From Candidatus Flemingiibacterium sp. (GTDB lineage: Bacteria; Bacillota; Clostridia; Oscillospirales; CAG-272), in contig JAZNAL010000013.1 in assembly GCA_045586505.1 (NCBI GenBank), forward strand, positions 49,804 through 113,803: a stretch of DNA of 64,000 bases. Reading direction: 5' to 3'. The notes under the pieces are model-generated. The model had not been told where the DNA came from. It did no database searches and saw nothing but the letters and a program-made list of their open reading frames with translations. The translations under genes and the position numbers were made by a program. How positions within the stretch are numbered: position 1 is the first letter of the stretch; each line of letters starts with the position of its first letter. Below are positions 49,785 to 58,752 of this stretch, piece after piece.

Positions 49785-50831
49785 ATGAGAAAGTTTGATT
49801 ATTCGTTTTTAAATAACGGTTTGTTACCTGCTAATCTAATAAACTTGACATCAAGTATTGCATCTCTTAAAACAATGGCTGGGGTACGTAAAGAAGAGTA
49901 TGCAAAGATTTTCACTGAGCTTGAAGCAGTGGCAAAAGTGCAGTCTGTTAAAAGCTCTAATGCCATTGAGGGCATCGTTACAAGTGATGAGCGTATTGCC
50001 GCTATCGTTAATCAGGATAGTGCCCCGCTCAATCATACTGAAGGTGACATTGCCGGATACCGTGATGCACTTAATGCTATTCACTTAAATCACGATAACC
50101 TTGATTTGCGTGAATCTGACATTTTGAGACTGCATCAAACAATGATGCAGATAGCAGGTTACGAATATGGCGGTCAATATAAGACCGGAGATAATTATAT
50201 TATTGAGGAAGATAAGGACGGAAACAGAAACGTAAGATTTAGACCAACTCCCGCTAATGAAGTAAAGGAAGCAATGGAGCAGTTGGAGCTTGCTTATATG
50301 GAAGCACGAAACGATGCTAACATCAATCAGCTTTTGCTTATTCCTTGTGTTATTCTTGACTTTTTGTGTATTCACCCGTTCAGAGATGGCAATGGAAGAA
50401 TGTCAAGACTCATATCATTGCTATTGCTTTACAAAAACGGATATGACGCAGGAAAATATGTTTCCTTTGAAGAGCAGATAAATAATTACAAAGGCTTTTA
50501 TTATGAAGCCCTCAGAGAATCTTCAATAGGTTGGCACGAGAATCAAAACACATACGTTCCTTTTATTGAAAATTTCTTGTCCACTCTTTATATGTGCTAC
50601 AAAGAACTTGATAAGCGTTTTGCGGTTGTAAATGGTAAAAAGATTACAAAGACAGCAAGAATTGAAGCAACCGTTTTGAATAGCCTTGTACCCATATCAA
50701 AGGCGGAGATTTGTGACGTTTTGCCAGATGTAAGCCCTACAACCGTTGAAGCGATTTTAAGCGTTATGGTAAAGAAAGGGCAGATTAAAAAGATTGGACA
50801 AGCAAGGATGACGAGGTATATTAAAGTTTAA
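49785..50831 (+). CDS. Fic-family protein (AMPylase-type) with N-terminal inhibitory-helix motif and C-terminal wHTH
   Basis: Fic motif HPFRDGNGRMSRL. The N-terminal SSNAIEGI fits the (S/T)xxxE(G/N) auto-inhibition motif. The C-terminus is wHTH-like. Confidence 0.85.
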   Translation: MRKFDYSFLNNGLLPANLINLTSSIASLKTMAGVRKEEYAKIFTELEAVAKVQSVKSSNAIEGIVTSDERIAAIVNQDSAPLNHTEGDIAGYRDALNAIHLNHDNLDLRESDILRLHQTMMQIAGYEYGGQYKTGDNYIIEEDKDGNRNVRFRPTPANEVKEAMEQLELAYMEARNDANINQLLLIPCVILDFLCIHPFRDGNGRMSRLISLLLLYKNGYDAGKYVSFEEQINNYKGFYYEALRESSIGWHENQNTYVPFIENFLSTLYMCYKELDKRFAVVNGKKITKTARIEATVLNSLVPISKAEICDVLPDVSPTTVEAILSVMVKKGQIKKIGQARMTRYIKV

Positions 50832-50848
50832 ATAAGGAAGTAGATGTT

Positions 50849-52411
50849 ATGAAAGAGGTTATATTGCGTGAATATCAGGTAAATGCACTAAATTCCATTG
50901 AACAAGCCTTGAAACAAGGGCGAAAGCGTATAGCTATAGAAATGCCTGTTGGATGTGGAAACAGTGTTATTTTATTAAAACTATTGGAAATCCTGTCTGA
51001 ATTTAATAGGGGCAAAACTCTTGTTGTTACTCATACTCTTGAGGCGAAAAAATATGTTCTGCAATCATTATTAAAAAACAATAACGATTCTGACCAAACT
51101 GTTGTAGAAACTCAGCAGAAGCTTATAAAGCTTTCTGAAAAAGATACAATTGAATATCAGTTTGTTATTTTTTATGATGTTGTAATAACAAAAAGTTTAA
51201 GCGCAGTATTTGATAACAAAGACATAACAATTATTGCCCTCCTTAAAGACAATTCTATTGGGATGCAAGAGCGCTTTACCTCTGAGGATGTAGTATTTTC
51301 ATATAGTTATAAGCAGGCTGTTGACGATGGATACATTACTCCTGCAATGGATGCAAAAGCTTTTGAACCTGCGGTTGAAGCATTTAGCAAACAATTGTTA
51401 GAGCAATTTGGTTATACTCAAGTTAATTGCGATAAAAGCATACAGGACTTCGGCTGGGATTTGATAGTAAAAAACAATGATCAAACATTATTGGTAGAAT
51501 GTAAAGCATACAAAAGCCAAGTGGTTTCTCCGTTTGCGGCAGATTCTATGTTAAAAAGTGTTGTATTGCGAAAAACAAAACAAAATCTTCAGCAGAACGA
51601 TTTAGTTCTGTTAATAGTTTTAAGTAGTATTCCCAGTTTTCGTAAAAAAGAAATTTATGAAAGATTTGGAACCATTATTTGGGATATTCAAAATTTAGTA
51701 TTTTACAGCAAACAAGATCCTGATTTGATTAAACAATTATCCCAAATTACATATTTCCCTATTGACTATATTGAGGGACAGCCTTCCGAAGAAGCAGAAG
51801 CTGCCGGATTAAGCTATGTTGGTGTTGAAGACAAAATTGTTTCTGAAGCGGAAAAAGAAACAATTGAAGTTGAGGAACTTATTCAACAGTTAGAGGAGTG
51901 TAAAGCAGGAAAGAAGTATTCACGAGAATATGAAAGCATCTGCGAAAGGATATTAAGTAGCCTTTTTGCATCAAATTATTTCAATAGGTTAACAAACCAA
52001 CACAAAACAAGCGATGAGCATTTCAGAATGGATATGATAGGTTCTTTAAAGATAAGTCAAAAGAATGAGGAAAGTATGCACCCTCTGTGGAAAATGTTTG
52101 TACAGCATTATAATTCTCATTTTGTTGTTTTTGAGTTTAAAAACTACTCAAAAGAAATCGATCAGAATTTGATTTATATTACCGAAAAATATCTATTTGA
52201 TGCAGCACTAAGAAATGTGGCTATAATTATATCACGAAAAGGTTTTTCAAAATCTGCGAAGTTTGCGGCAGAAGGATGTTTGAAAGAACACGGAAAACTT
52301 ATCCTTGATATTACCGACAAAGACTTAATACAAATGTTGGAACATAGTGATGAAGCCGCAGATCATTTACTGATGAAATTAGAAGAATTTTTAATGCGTA
52401 TAAGCAAATAA
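50849..52411 (+). CDS. three-domain protein: degenerate helicase N-lobe + Mrr-like PD-(D/E)xK nuclease + second PD-(D/E)xK-like domain
   Basis: LREYQ followed by PVGCGNS replaces a PTGxGKT Walker A, so the Lys is missing. GWDLIVKNNDQTLLVECKAYK is a D..ExK motif of Mrr type. RMDMIG...FVVFEFKNY is a second D..ExK-like motif. Confidence 0.55.
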   Translation: MKEVILREYQVNALNSIEQALKQGRKRIAIEMPVGCGNSVILLKLLEILSEFNRGKTLVVTHTLEAKKYVLQSLLKNNNDSDQTVVETQQKLIKLSEKDTIEYQFVIFYDVVITKSLSAVFDNKDITIIALLKDNSIGMQERFTSEDVVFSYSYKQAVDDGYITPAMDAKAFEPAVEAFSKQLLEQFGYTQVNCDKSIQDFGWDLIVKNNDQTLLVECKAYKSQVVSPFAADSMLKSVVLRKTKQNLQQNDLVLLIVLSSIPSFRKKEIYERFGTIIWDIQNLVFYSKQDPDLIKQLSQITYFPIDYIEGQPSEEAEAAGLSYVGVEDKIVSEAEKETIEVEELIQQLEECKAGKKYSREYESICERILSSLFASNYFNRLTNQHKTSDEHFRMDMIGSLKISQKNEESMHPLWKMFVQHYNSHFVVFEFKNYSKEIDQNLIYITEKYLFDAALRNVAIIISRKGFSKSAKFAAEGCLKEHGKLILDITDKDLIQMLEHSDEAADHLLMKLEEFLMRISK

Positions 52412-52453
52412 CAGAAATATGTAGAAAGTGATTGATTGTTAAAGGATATAGAC

Positions 52454-53185
52454 ATGAACAATGTAGAAGATTTTGAAAACACTAAACTTTCGCTAATTAA
52501 TTCGAAACAGTTAGAAGAGATCAAAAACAATCCAGCCACTAAGGCAACCATATTGTCAGTAATTAAAGCTATCCCTGTGTTGGGAGAATTAATTGACGGA
52601 ACGATTGATGCATCTTTAAACAAATTTCAGCAAAGTAAGAGAAACGAGTTGCTGGATATTGTTTTAAGCACATCCGAGACGATTACTACAGAAATGGTAA
52701 ATGATGTAGAATTTATAATAAATTTTGCAAAGACATTAGAAGCTGTAAATAGGCTTGGCTCTAATGATAAGGTGAAATATTTTGCAAACATTATTAAAAA
52801 CGGATATTTATCAGGGCAAAGAATAACAGATGGCGAATTCGAGGAATACCTATACGCCTTATCAACGATGTCTTACAGACAAATAAATATTCTTATTGAT
52901 TTGTATATTTATGAGCAGAACAATGTTGCAGAGGACAATACCGAAGATAAGACAAAGAAAAATAACAAGCTTGCACCAAGACATGATACATGGAGCACAT
53001 TTGTTAACAGTGTGGCTGAAAAATATAGTATTACACTAGAAGATGTAATTAGTATACTGACAAGCATATCTAAAACAGGTTTTTGTAGTGAGGTAACCGG
53101 GGCATATTTTGGTTACACGGGAGGAGTCTTTTACATCACCAGTAGTTGCAAAAAATTTATAGAGATGATTTCGGATAGAATGTGA
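52454..53185 (+). CDS. hypothetical protein
   Basis: 243-aa ORF (AAAGGA RBS, ATG at 52454) with no recognisable motif, tightly packed between the nuclease and SIR2-like genes. Confidence 0.55.
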   Translation: MNNVEDFENTKLSLINSKQLEEIKNNPATKATILSVIKAIPVLGELIDGTIDASLNKFQQSKRNELLDIVLSTSETITTEMVNDVEFIINFAKTLEAVNRLGSNDKVKYFANIIKNGYLSGQRITDGEFEEYLYALSTMSYRQINILIDLYIYEQNNVAEDNTEDKTKKNNKLAPRHDTWSTFVNSVAEKYSITLEDVISILTSISKTGFCSEVTGAYFGYTGGVFYITSSCKKFIEMISDRM

Positions 53186-53191
53186 GGGTAT

Positions 53192-54456
53192 ATGGCAAAA
53201 GGATTATTGTTGGGGGCAGGTTTTTCTTTTGATTTGGGAATGCCGTTGGCATCTGAGTTTTCAGATACATTATTCGGCTTTTTAAATTCTTTTAAAATTG
53301 AGAATTTAATTAACAATATGAGAGGTCATAGACCATACAGTAATGACAGAACGCTCTGTGATGTCACACTCAACCGGTTACTTGAGATATACAATGGATT
53401 TCTTAATTCTGAGAATAAAAATTATGAAGAATTATTCAGGATTGTTGAGAGTTTGCAGGTGAACAGTAGAGAAGCACAAGAAACGGTTAGTTATTTTCTT
53501 TCAAAGATAAGAAATATCATAAACGAATTGTTCCTTATATATCAGAAAAACACATATTTTTACTATATTCTTAACAGAGATAAATACAAGTGGTTGATAG
53601 ATCAATTTGAAAAAGAAGAATTATGGGTATTTACACTGAATCACGATGTGTTAATCGAAATGCTGTGTATTGATTATAAAATACCATTAAATGAGGGGTA
53701 TTCGCGAACCATGCAAATTCCTATGTCAAATATAAATATGGAAGAGTGCATTGACTTTGGAAAAATTGATGCAACAGAGAAAGATGTTGATAAGTTAAAC
53801 TACCTCAAAAATACAAAAGGAATAAACATTTTAAAAATACATGGTGGATTAAACGAGTTTTTTCAGGGGGATGAAAAAACAGGCAGACATCGTATGATAT
53901 TTGATTACCATAAATTTGAAAGTTCTTTAAACTATTTGAATGCATTGGAGTCATTTATTCATGCTCCGCACTATTACATAAATGACAGACCTCCCAATAT
54001 AGAAAGTGAAATATGTGTAAGTGATTTTGACGGTGTTTTGCAATTTATGCACCTTCGATTTTAACCGGAAGCAAAAAGTATCACAAAACAATATCCCAAA
54101 ATCAGCGTGAAGAAAAAATCGAGCTGTTTTCATCTGGATTGACCAAAATAGATGAGCTGTATATTATAGGGTACAGTTTTGCTGACAAACATATAAATAA
54201 CAGAATATCACATGCTATGCATCTGAATGATAAATTAAAAGTACTTGTAGTAAGTCCTACAGCTCAAAAGCAGGAACTGTTCGAACCATTTGATTATAAT
54301 GCAAGAGTACGTTATTGTAATACTTCATTTCCTGTTTGGGCAGATTATGAAAAGAAAGGTGAATGGGATTCTGAATTCAGTAAAACGATAAGTGAATTGA
54401 CTGATACTGTCAGAAAGCCGTTGATTGCATCTGTAAAAGAAAGCATTATTAAATGA
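53192..54456 (+). pseudogene. SIR2-like (SIR2_2 type) NADase-family gene interrupted by a frameshift
   Basis: LLLGAGFSFDLGMP (GAGxS), FTLNHDVLIE and KIHGG lie in frame 2, which stops at 54062-54064. The expected continuation APSILTGSKKY...LYIIGYSFADKHIN is in frame 1, open from 54031. T4 runs at 54036-54039 and 54059-54062 lie in the overlap. Confidence 0.6.
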
Positions 54457-54463
54457 GCGTAGA

Positions 54464-54506
54464 AAAACCTACCACCTAAGCCACTATGACTTAGGTGGTA
54501 GGTTTT
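54464..54506 (+). terminator. intrinsic terminator of the Fic-SIR2 operon
   Basis: Hairpin AACCTACCACCTAAG/CTTAGGTGGTAGGTT followed by a T-run. Confidence 0.75.
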
Positions 54507-54559
54507 CTGTAAATGCAAAGACATTCTTCACAATGTGTAAGGTTCGTCTTTGCGTGTTT

Positions 54560-54634
54560 TGGTGACCCGTACGGGAATCGAACCCATGTTTCCGCCTTGA
54601 GAGGGCGGCGTCTTAGCCGCTTGACCAACAGGCC
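54560..54634 (-). tRNA. tRNA-Glu (anticodon CUC)
   Basis: rc = GGCCTGTTGGTCAAGCGGCTAAGACGCCGCCCTCTCAAGGCGGAAACATGGGTTCGATTCCCGTACGGGTCACCA. It forms a cloverleaf with anticodon loop CUCUCAA and an encoded CCA. It has its own TTGACA-17-TATAAT promoter (rc 54681-54653). Confidence 0.85.
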
Positions 54635-54879
54635 GATCATCAGAACACGAATATTATATCATATCCCATTTTATTTGTCAATATCTTTTTGAAAAAAACT
54701 TAAAATATTTTTATTTAATCAGCAGCATTGTAGATATGCTATATCGGCAGTTATTCCTCAAAGCTCCAGTACGCCCATATTCAAGGTGTTTATATCATGC
54801 GACAGCGGTTGTCAAGGGGGATGGCAAACATCACTTAAAAAGGAATCGCCTTTGTCAAAGGACAAAGGCGATTCCTTTT

Positions 54880-54953
54880 TGGCTGGGGATGAGGGGTTCG
54901 AACCCCCACAAACAGAGTCAGAGTCTGTCGTGCTACCGTTACACAAATCCCCA
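54880..54953 (-). tRNA. tRNA-Gln (anticodon CUG)
   Basis: rc = TGGGGATTTGTGTAACGGTAGCACGACAGACTCTGACTCTGTTTGTGGGGGTTCGAACCCCTCATCCCCAGCCA. The acceptor stem TGGGGAT/ATCCCCA is perfect and the anticodon loop is CUCUGAC. A TTGACA-17-(TGg)TATAAT promoter lies upstream on the minus strand. A terminator hairpin at 54841-54876 lies downstream. Confidence 0.85.
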
Positions 54954-55079
54954 ATGTGATTTATTCAACGGACAATATTATACCACAACATAATGGGTTT
55001 GTCAATAGGTTTTAGAAAATATTTTTCGTTTTTCAGGAGGAAATTTTTTCAAAAATTCTCCAACTTCCCGATAATGTAA

Positions 55080-55108
55080 TTGACATGGCGTCAATTATAT
55101 GTTAAAAT
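55080..55108 (+). promoter_or_regulatory. promoter of the TerB/ATPase/helicase operon
   Basis: TTGACA-17 nt-TAAAAT. Confidence 0.55.
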
Positions 55109-55146
55109 AATATAATAACCAAAACTCGGTCGAAGGAGGCGAAAAT

Positions 55147-56898
55147 ATGAGCGATAAACCGAAAAATCTCAGCGATATCGACAGATTCTGGGATCTTGAT
55201 TCCCTGCTGCCAAAAAAGCGCCCCGTTACACCCTCGGTGCGTTCGGTGAATACCGACACCGTGGAGTTTTCCGTGGGCACGGATGATAACACCCCTGATG
55301 GCGGCGCGGCGATACCGCCGAGGGATTCGAATGCACCCCTTCCCGAGCGCACCTCCCCCCACGATCAGGCACGGCGTCTGAACGAACTGCCCATGCGCAC
55401 ACGTGCGCAGGAGTACCGCTCAAAGCCGCTTGATCCGTATCTTATCTATGAGCCTGAAAACACGCTTATCCGCCGCGTTGAGGTGTCAAAATGGGACTCG
55501 CGGTTCAATTTCTACGAAAACTTTCAGTCCGATGTGAAGCGGCTGTGGTCACGCGCCGCCGTACCTGCCGACCACGTCTCCTTCTTCTCATATGTGCCGC
55601 AGTATTCCCAGCTTAAATACGCTCAACTCAAATGGTACCTCTGGTGGCGCGAAAATGTACGGCGCGGTACGTACCTACGTACCGATTTCTGCTACATCCT
55701 TTTATACATCTACGAGATCATCAACTGCCCCGACCTGATAACGCCCGAAAAGGGGCTCGAGCTTCTCTGCGACATCTGGACAAACTACCGCGGCGAACAC
55801 CGCAGGATCGACAGCTATATGTGCGACTGGCTGTGCGACTACTGTCTTATCAATAAGCTCCCCTGTCCCGCAAATCGCCTTGAACCCATAATCGGTGACA
55901 TCGTGGCGGCGGCAAATTTCAAGGAGTTCTACATCGGTTCGGGGAAGGGCGACGTTGCTGCAAGCATTCTCGCCTATTCCTCCACCTACGACTGGCGTAA
56001 AAGCCGCTATGTTACGAGCGAAAACATGGAGCTTTTCGCGTTACACATACGCGGCGCATTTGAAAAAGCGTACCGCGAGGTGCTCTCGGAAAAGGACGAC
56101 AGCTTCGCTAAGGAGTTCCGCGTGGAACGCAGTGCATACGACGGCGCGCTTTGTGTATATAATATGAAGCGGACGATCACGGTGGAATATGCATCTTACA
56201 CACGCTCGCCGAAGTTCCGTTTCGTGGTGACTGATATAATCAAATACAGCGAAAACCGCATCCGCATGGCGCTTGGCGTCAAATCCCGTCTCAAGGTGGA
56301 CTCGCTCGGAGATAAATTAAAGGCGTGCCTTGATGAATATTTCGATACACACCTCCCCCTTCCGAAAAAGAGCCGCGCATCAAAATCCGCGGCGATCCTG
56401 CCGGAGGTAAACGAATACGACAAGCTCTATGAGCCGACCTCTACCACGCTTTCTCTTGAAAACGCGCTCAGGATCGAACAAAGCTCCTGGAGCACCACCG
56501 ACATACTCACCTCGGCGTTTGAGGAATCTTCGGAGCAAGCACCATCGAAGCCTGTACCCAAAGCCGTGCCGGAGCCCATCCCGGAACCGAGCTCTCAACA
56601 AAAGTCCATCCCCGAGACGCTTTCTTACACCGAAACGCCGGAAGGTACCGACGAGTTTGAGGGATTTGTCGCTTCTCTTGACGGCATCGCCCGCGAAGCG
56701 CTGACACAGCTAGCAAACGGCGATAGTGCCGCGCTGGCAAAGGCTGCATCGACGGCGGGCATACTTGCAGATGCCCTGGCAGACAAAATCAACGAAGCAG
56801 CGTTCGATATCATCGGCGACAGCGTGATCGAACCACACGTCGGCGGATATCGGCTCATTTCCGATTACGAAGGAGATCTTGTAAAATGGCTGAAATGA
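55147..56898 (+). CDS. TerB-N / TerB-C domain protein (Shango SngA-like)
   Basis: FFSYVPQYSQLKYAQLKWYLWWRENVRRGTYLRTDFCYILLYIYEIIN matches the TerB_N signature. The C-terminal ..ILADALADKINEAAFDIIGDSVIE matches TerB_C. Confidence 0.7.
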   Translation: MSDKPKNLSDIDRFWDLDSLLPKKRPVTPSVRSVNTDTVEFSVGTDDNTPDGGAAIPPRDSNAPLPERTSPHDQARRLNELPMRTRAQEYRSKPLDPYLIYEPENTLIRRVEVSKWDSRFNFYENFQSDVKRLWSRAAVPADHVSFFSYVPQYSQLKYAQLKWYLWWRENVRRGTYLRTDFCYILLYIYEIINCPDLITPEKGLELLCDIWTNYRGEHRRIDSYMCDWLCDYCLINKLPCPANRLEPIIGDIVAAANFKEFYIGSGKGDVAASILAYSSTYDWRKSRYVTSENMELFALHIRGAFEKAYREVLSEKDDSFAKEFRVERSAYDGALCVYNMKRTITVEYASYTRSPKFRFVVTDIIKYSENRIRMALGVKSRLKVDSLGDKLKACLDEYFDTHLPLPKKSRASKSAAILPEVNEYDKLYEPTSTTLSLENALRIEQSSWSTTDILTSAFEESSEQAPSKPVPKAVPEPIPEPSSQQKSIPETLSYTETPEGTDEFEGFVASLDGIAREALTQLANGDSAALAKAASTAGILADALADKINEAAFDIIGDSVIEPHVGGYRLISDYEGDLVKWLK

Positions 56899-58256
56899 CA
56901 CGAAAGATACCAAAACGAATACTCACGGGACTGCTCTCGTCAATCTCGGCGGGTGTAGTGCCGCGTATGGGTGCGCCCTATATCGCCATAGGACGAAACG
57001 AGGAGATCGAAGCGCTGCTCTCTGATCTCGAAGCCGTCAACGACGGCGGCGGTACCATGCGCTTTATCATAGGTAAATACGGAAGCGGCAAGAGCTTCCT
57101 TATCCAGCTCGTACGCGGCTTTTCCATAGAGCGCGGCTTCATCACCGCCGATGCGGATCTGTCCCCTGAACGCCGTATCTGCGGTGCAAAGGGTACGGGT
57201 ATTGCAACCTACCGCGAGCTGATACGCAACCTCGCCTCAAAATCCTCACCTGACGGCGGTGCACTGCAGCAGATAATCGCGAAATGGCTGTCAGATCTGC
57301 AGTCATCGGTGGCGGCGGAGGGGCACGAGATTGGCTCAGATGCGTTCCTGCGTGAGCTGACCTCCCGAATCTATTCACAGACCCGCGAGCTCGAAGCGCA
57401 GATTGGCGGCTTCGATTTTGCCACGGTGCTTACACAGTATTACAAAGCGTACATGGACGGCGACGAGGAGAAAAAGTCCGCCTGTATGCGATGGCTTCGC
57501 GGTGAATACTCCACTAAGACTGAGGCGCGCAATGCTATCGGTGTATCTCTCGGAGGTATCATCGACGATGACAACTGGTACGAGTATATAAAGCTTTTTG
57601 CGGTATTTTTCAGAAAGCTCGGCTACCGCGGATTTGTGGTATTCATCGACGAGTGTGTGAATCTTTATAAGATCGCCAACCGCATCTCACGCGAGAACAA
57701 CTACGAAAAGCTACTGTCCATGTTCAACGACACCTTGCAGGGCAAAGCCGAGGGGCTTGCGCTGATCTTCGGCGGCACACCGCAGTTTTTGGAGGACACC
57801 CGCCGCGGCCTGTTCTCCTATGAAGCACTCCGCAGCCGACTGTCCGACGGACAGTTTCAAAAGGACGGCTTCAAAAACCTGATCGGCCCCGTGATCCGTC
57901 TTCGCAGACTGTCCGATGATGAGCTGTATGCGCTGATTGCACGCATCACGGGTCTGCACGCCCAGAATTACGTCTGGGAGCCGCGGGTGACAAACGAGGA
58001 TATGCTGACATTTCTTAAGATCTGCCTTGACCGTGCGGGTGCTGACACCATGATAACCCCCCGTGAGATCATCCGCGACTATATAACTCTTTTGAACATC
58101 CTCCTGCAGAATCCCGACACCACGTTTACCGATGTGGTGGGCAGCGGAGTCGTCAAGCTCTCTCACGGCGAGGATGAGGAGAATGCTATTATCGTAGACG
58201 AAGGCGGCAGACCGCAGGTACGGACCGATTTTTCGGCGGAAGACATCGAATTATAA
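56886..58256 (+). CDS. DUF2791/BrxD-like P-loop ATPase (Shango-like ATPase component)
   Basis: GVVPRMGAPYIAIGRNEEIEAL....FIIGKYGSGKSFL (Walker A) and VVFIDEC (Walker B). It overlaps the TerB gene by 13 nt. Confidence 0.65.
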   Translation: MAEMTRKIPKRILTGLLSSISAGVVPRMGAPYIAIGRNEEIEALLSDLEAVNDGGGTMRFIIGKYGSGKSFLIQLVRGFSIERGFITADADLSPERRICGAKGTGIATYRELIRNLASKSSPDGGALQQIIAKWLSDLQSSVAAEGHEIGSDAFLRELTSRIYSQTRELEAQIGGFDFATVLTQYYKAYMDGDEEKKSACMRWLRGEYSTKTEARNAIGVSLGGIIDDDNWYEYIKLFAVFFRKLGYRGFVVFIDECVNLYKIANRISRENNYEKLLSMFNDTLQGKAEGLALIFGGTPQFLEDTRRGLFSYEALRSRLSDGQFQKDGFKNLIGPVIRLRRLSDDELYALIARITGLHAQNYVWEPRVTNEDMLTFLKICLDRAGADTMITPREIIRDYITLLNILLQNPDTTFTDVVGSGVVKLSHGEDEENAIIVDEGGRPQVRTDFSAEDIEL

Positions 58257-58277
58257 AATATGAGGAGATAAAAAGTC

Positions 58278-58748
58278 ATGAACACGGCAGTAGAATACAT
58301 GAACGCGCGCGGCTACGGCGAGCGTGTCCGCATACTCACCGAATCCACCGCCACCGTAGCTCTTGCCGCACAGGCACTTGGTGTCACGGAGGGCGAGATC
58401 GCGAAAACGCTTTCGTTTATGCTCGGCGGCGCTCCCATACTCATCGTTATGGCGGGCGATGTCAAGACCGACAACCATAAGTACAAGGCAAAATTCTGCA
58501 CTAAAGCGAAAATGCTCACACCCGACGACACGGTGGAGCTGATCGGTCATGCCGTCGGTGGCGTTTGCCCCTTTGGCATCAAGGACGGCGTCACGGTATA
58601 CCTCGACGAATCGCTGAAGCGCTTCGAGCTTGTCTTTGCGGCGTGCGGCGCTATCGACACCGTCATCGGGCTCAGCATTCCCGAGCTTGAAACTCTGTCG
58701 GGGTATGCCTGTTGGGTGGATGTTACAAAGCCCCACGAGGCGGTGTGA
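58278..58748 (+). CDS. YbaK/EbsC-type aminoacyl-tRNA trans-editing (deacylase) domain protein
   Basis: 156 aa. ..EIAKTLSFMLGGAPILIVMAGDVKTDNHKYK....IGHAVGGVCPFG fits the pattern of the YbaK/ProX family. Its stop is 4 nt before the helicase start. Confidence 0.7.
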   Translation: MNTAVEYMNARGYGERVRILTESTATVALAAQALGVTEGEIAKTLSFMLGGAPILIVMAGDVKTDNHKYKAKFCTKAKMLTPDDTVELIGHAVGGVCPFGIKDGVTVYLDESLKRFELVFAACGAIDTVIGLSIPELETLSGYACWVDVTKPHEAV

Positions 58749-58752
58749 GAAA

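Noticed and set aside
31470-54560. Direct repeat of the tRNA-Glu 3' end marking a classical tRNA-integrated island
   Set aside because: I scanned the candidate junctions (about 31.4-31.6, 38.1-38.4 and 46.5-46.9 kb) by eye for GGGAATCGAACCC-type sequence and found none. A tRNA-att model is therefore not supported by what I can see.
54736-54993. 85-aa + strand ORF
   Set aside because: It runs across the tRNA-Gln gene and its terminator on the opposite strand.
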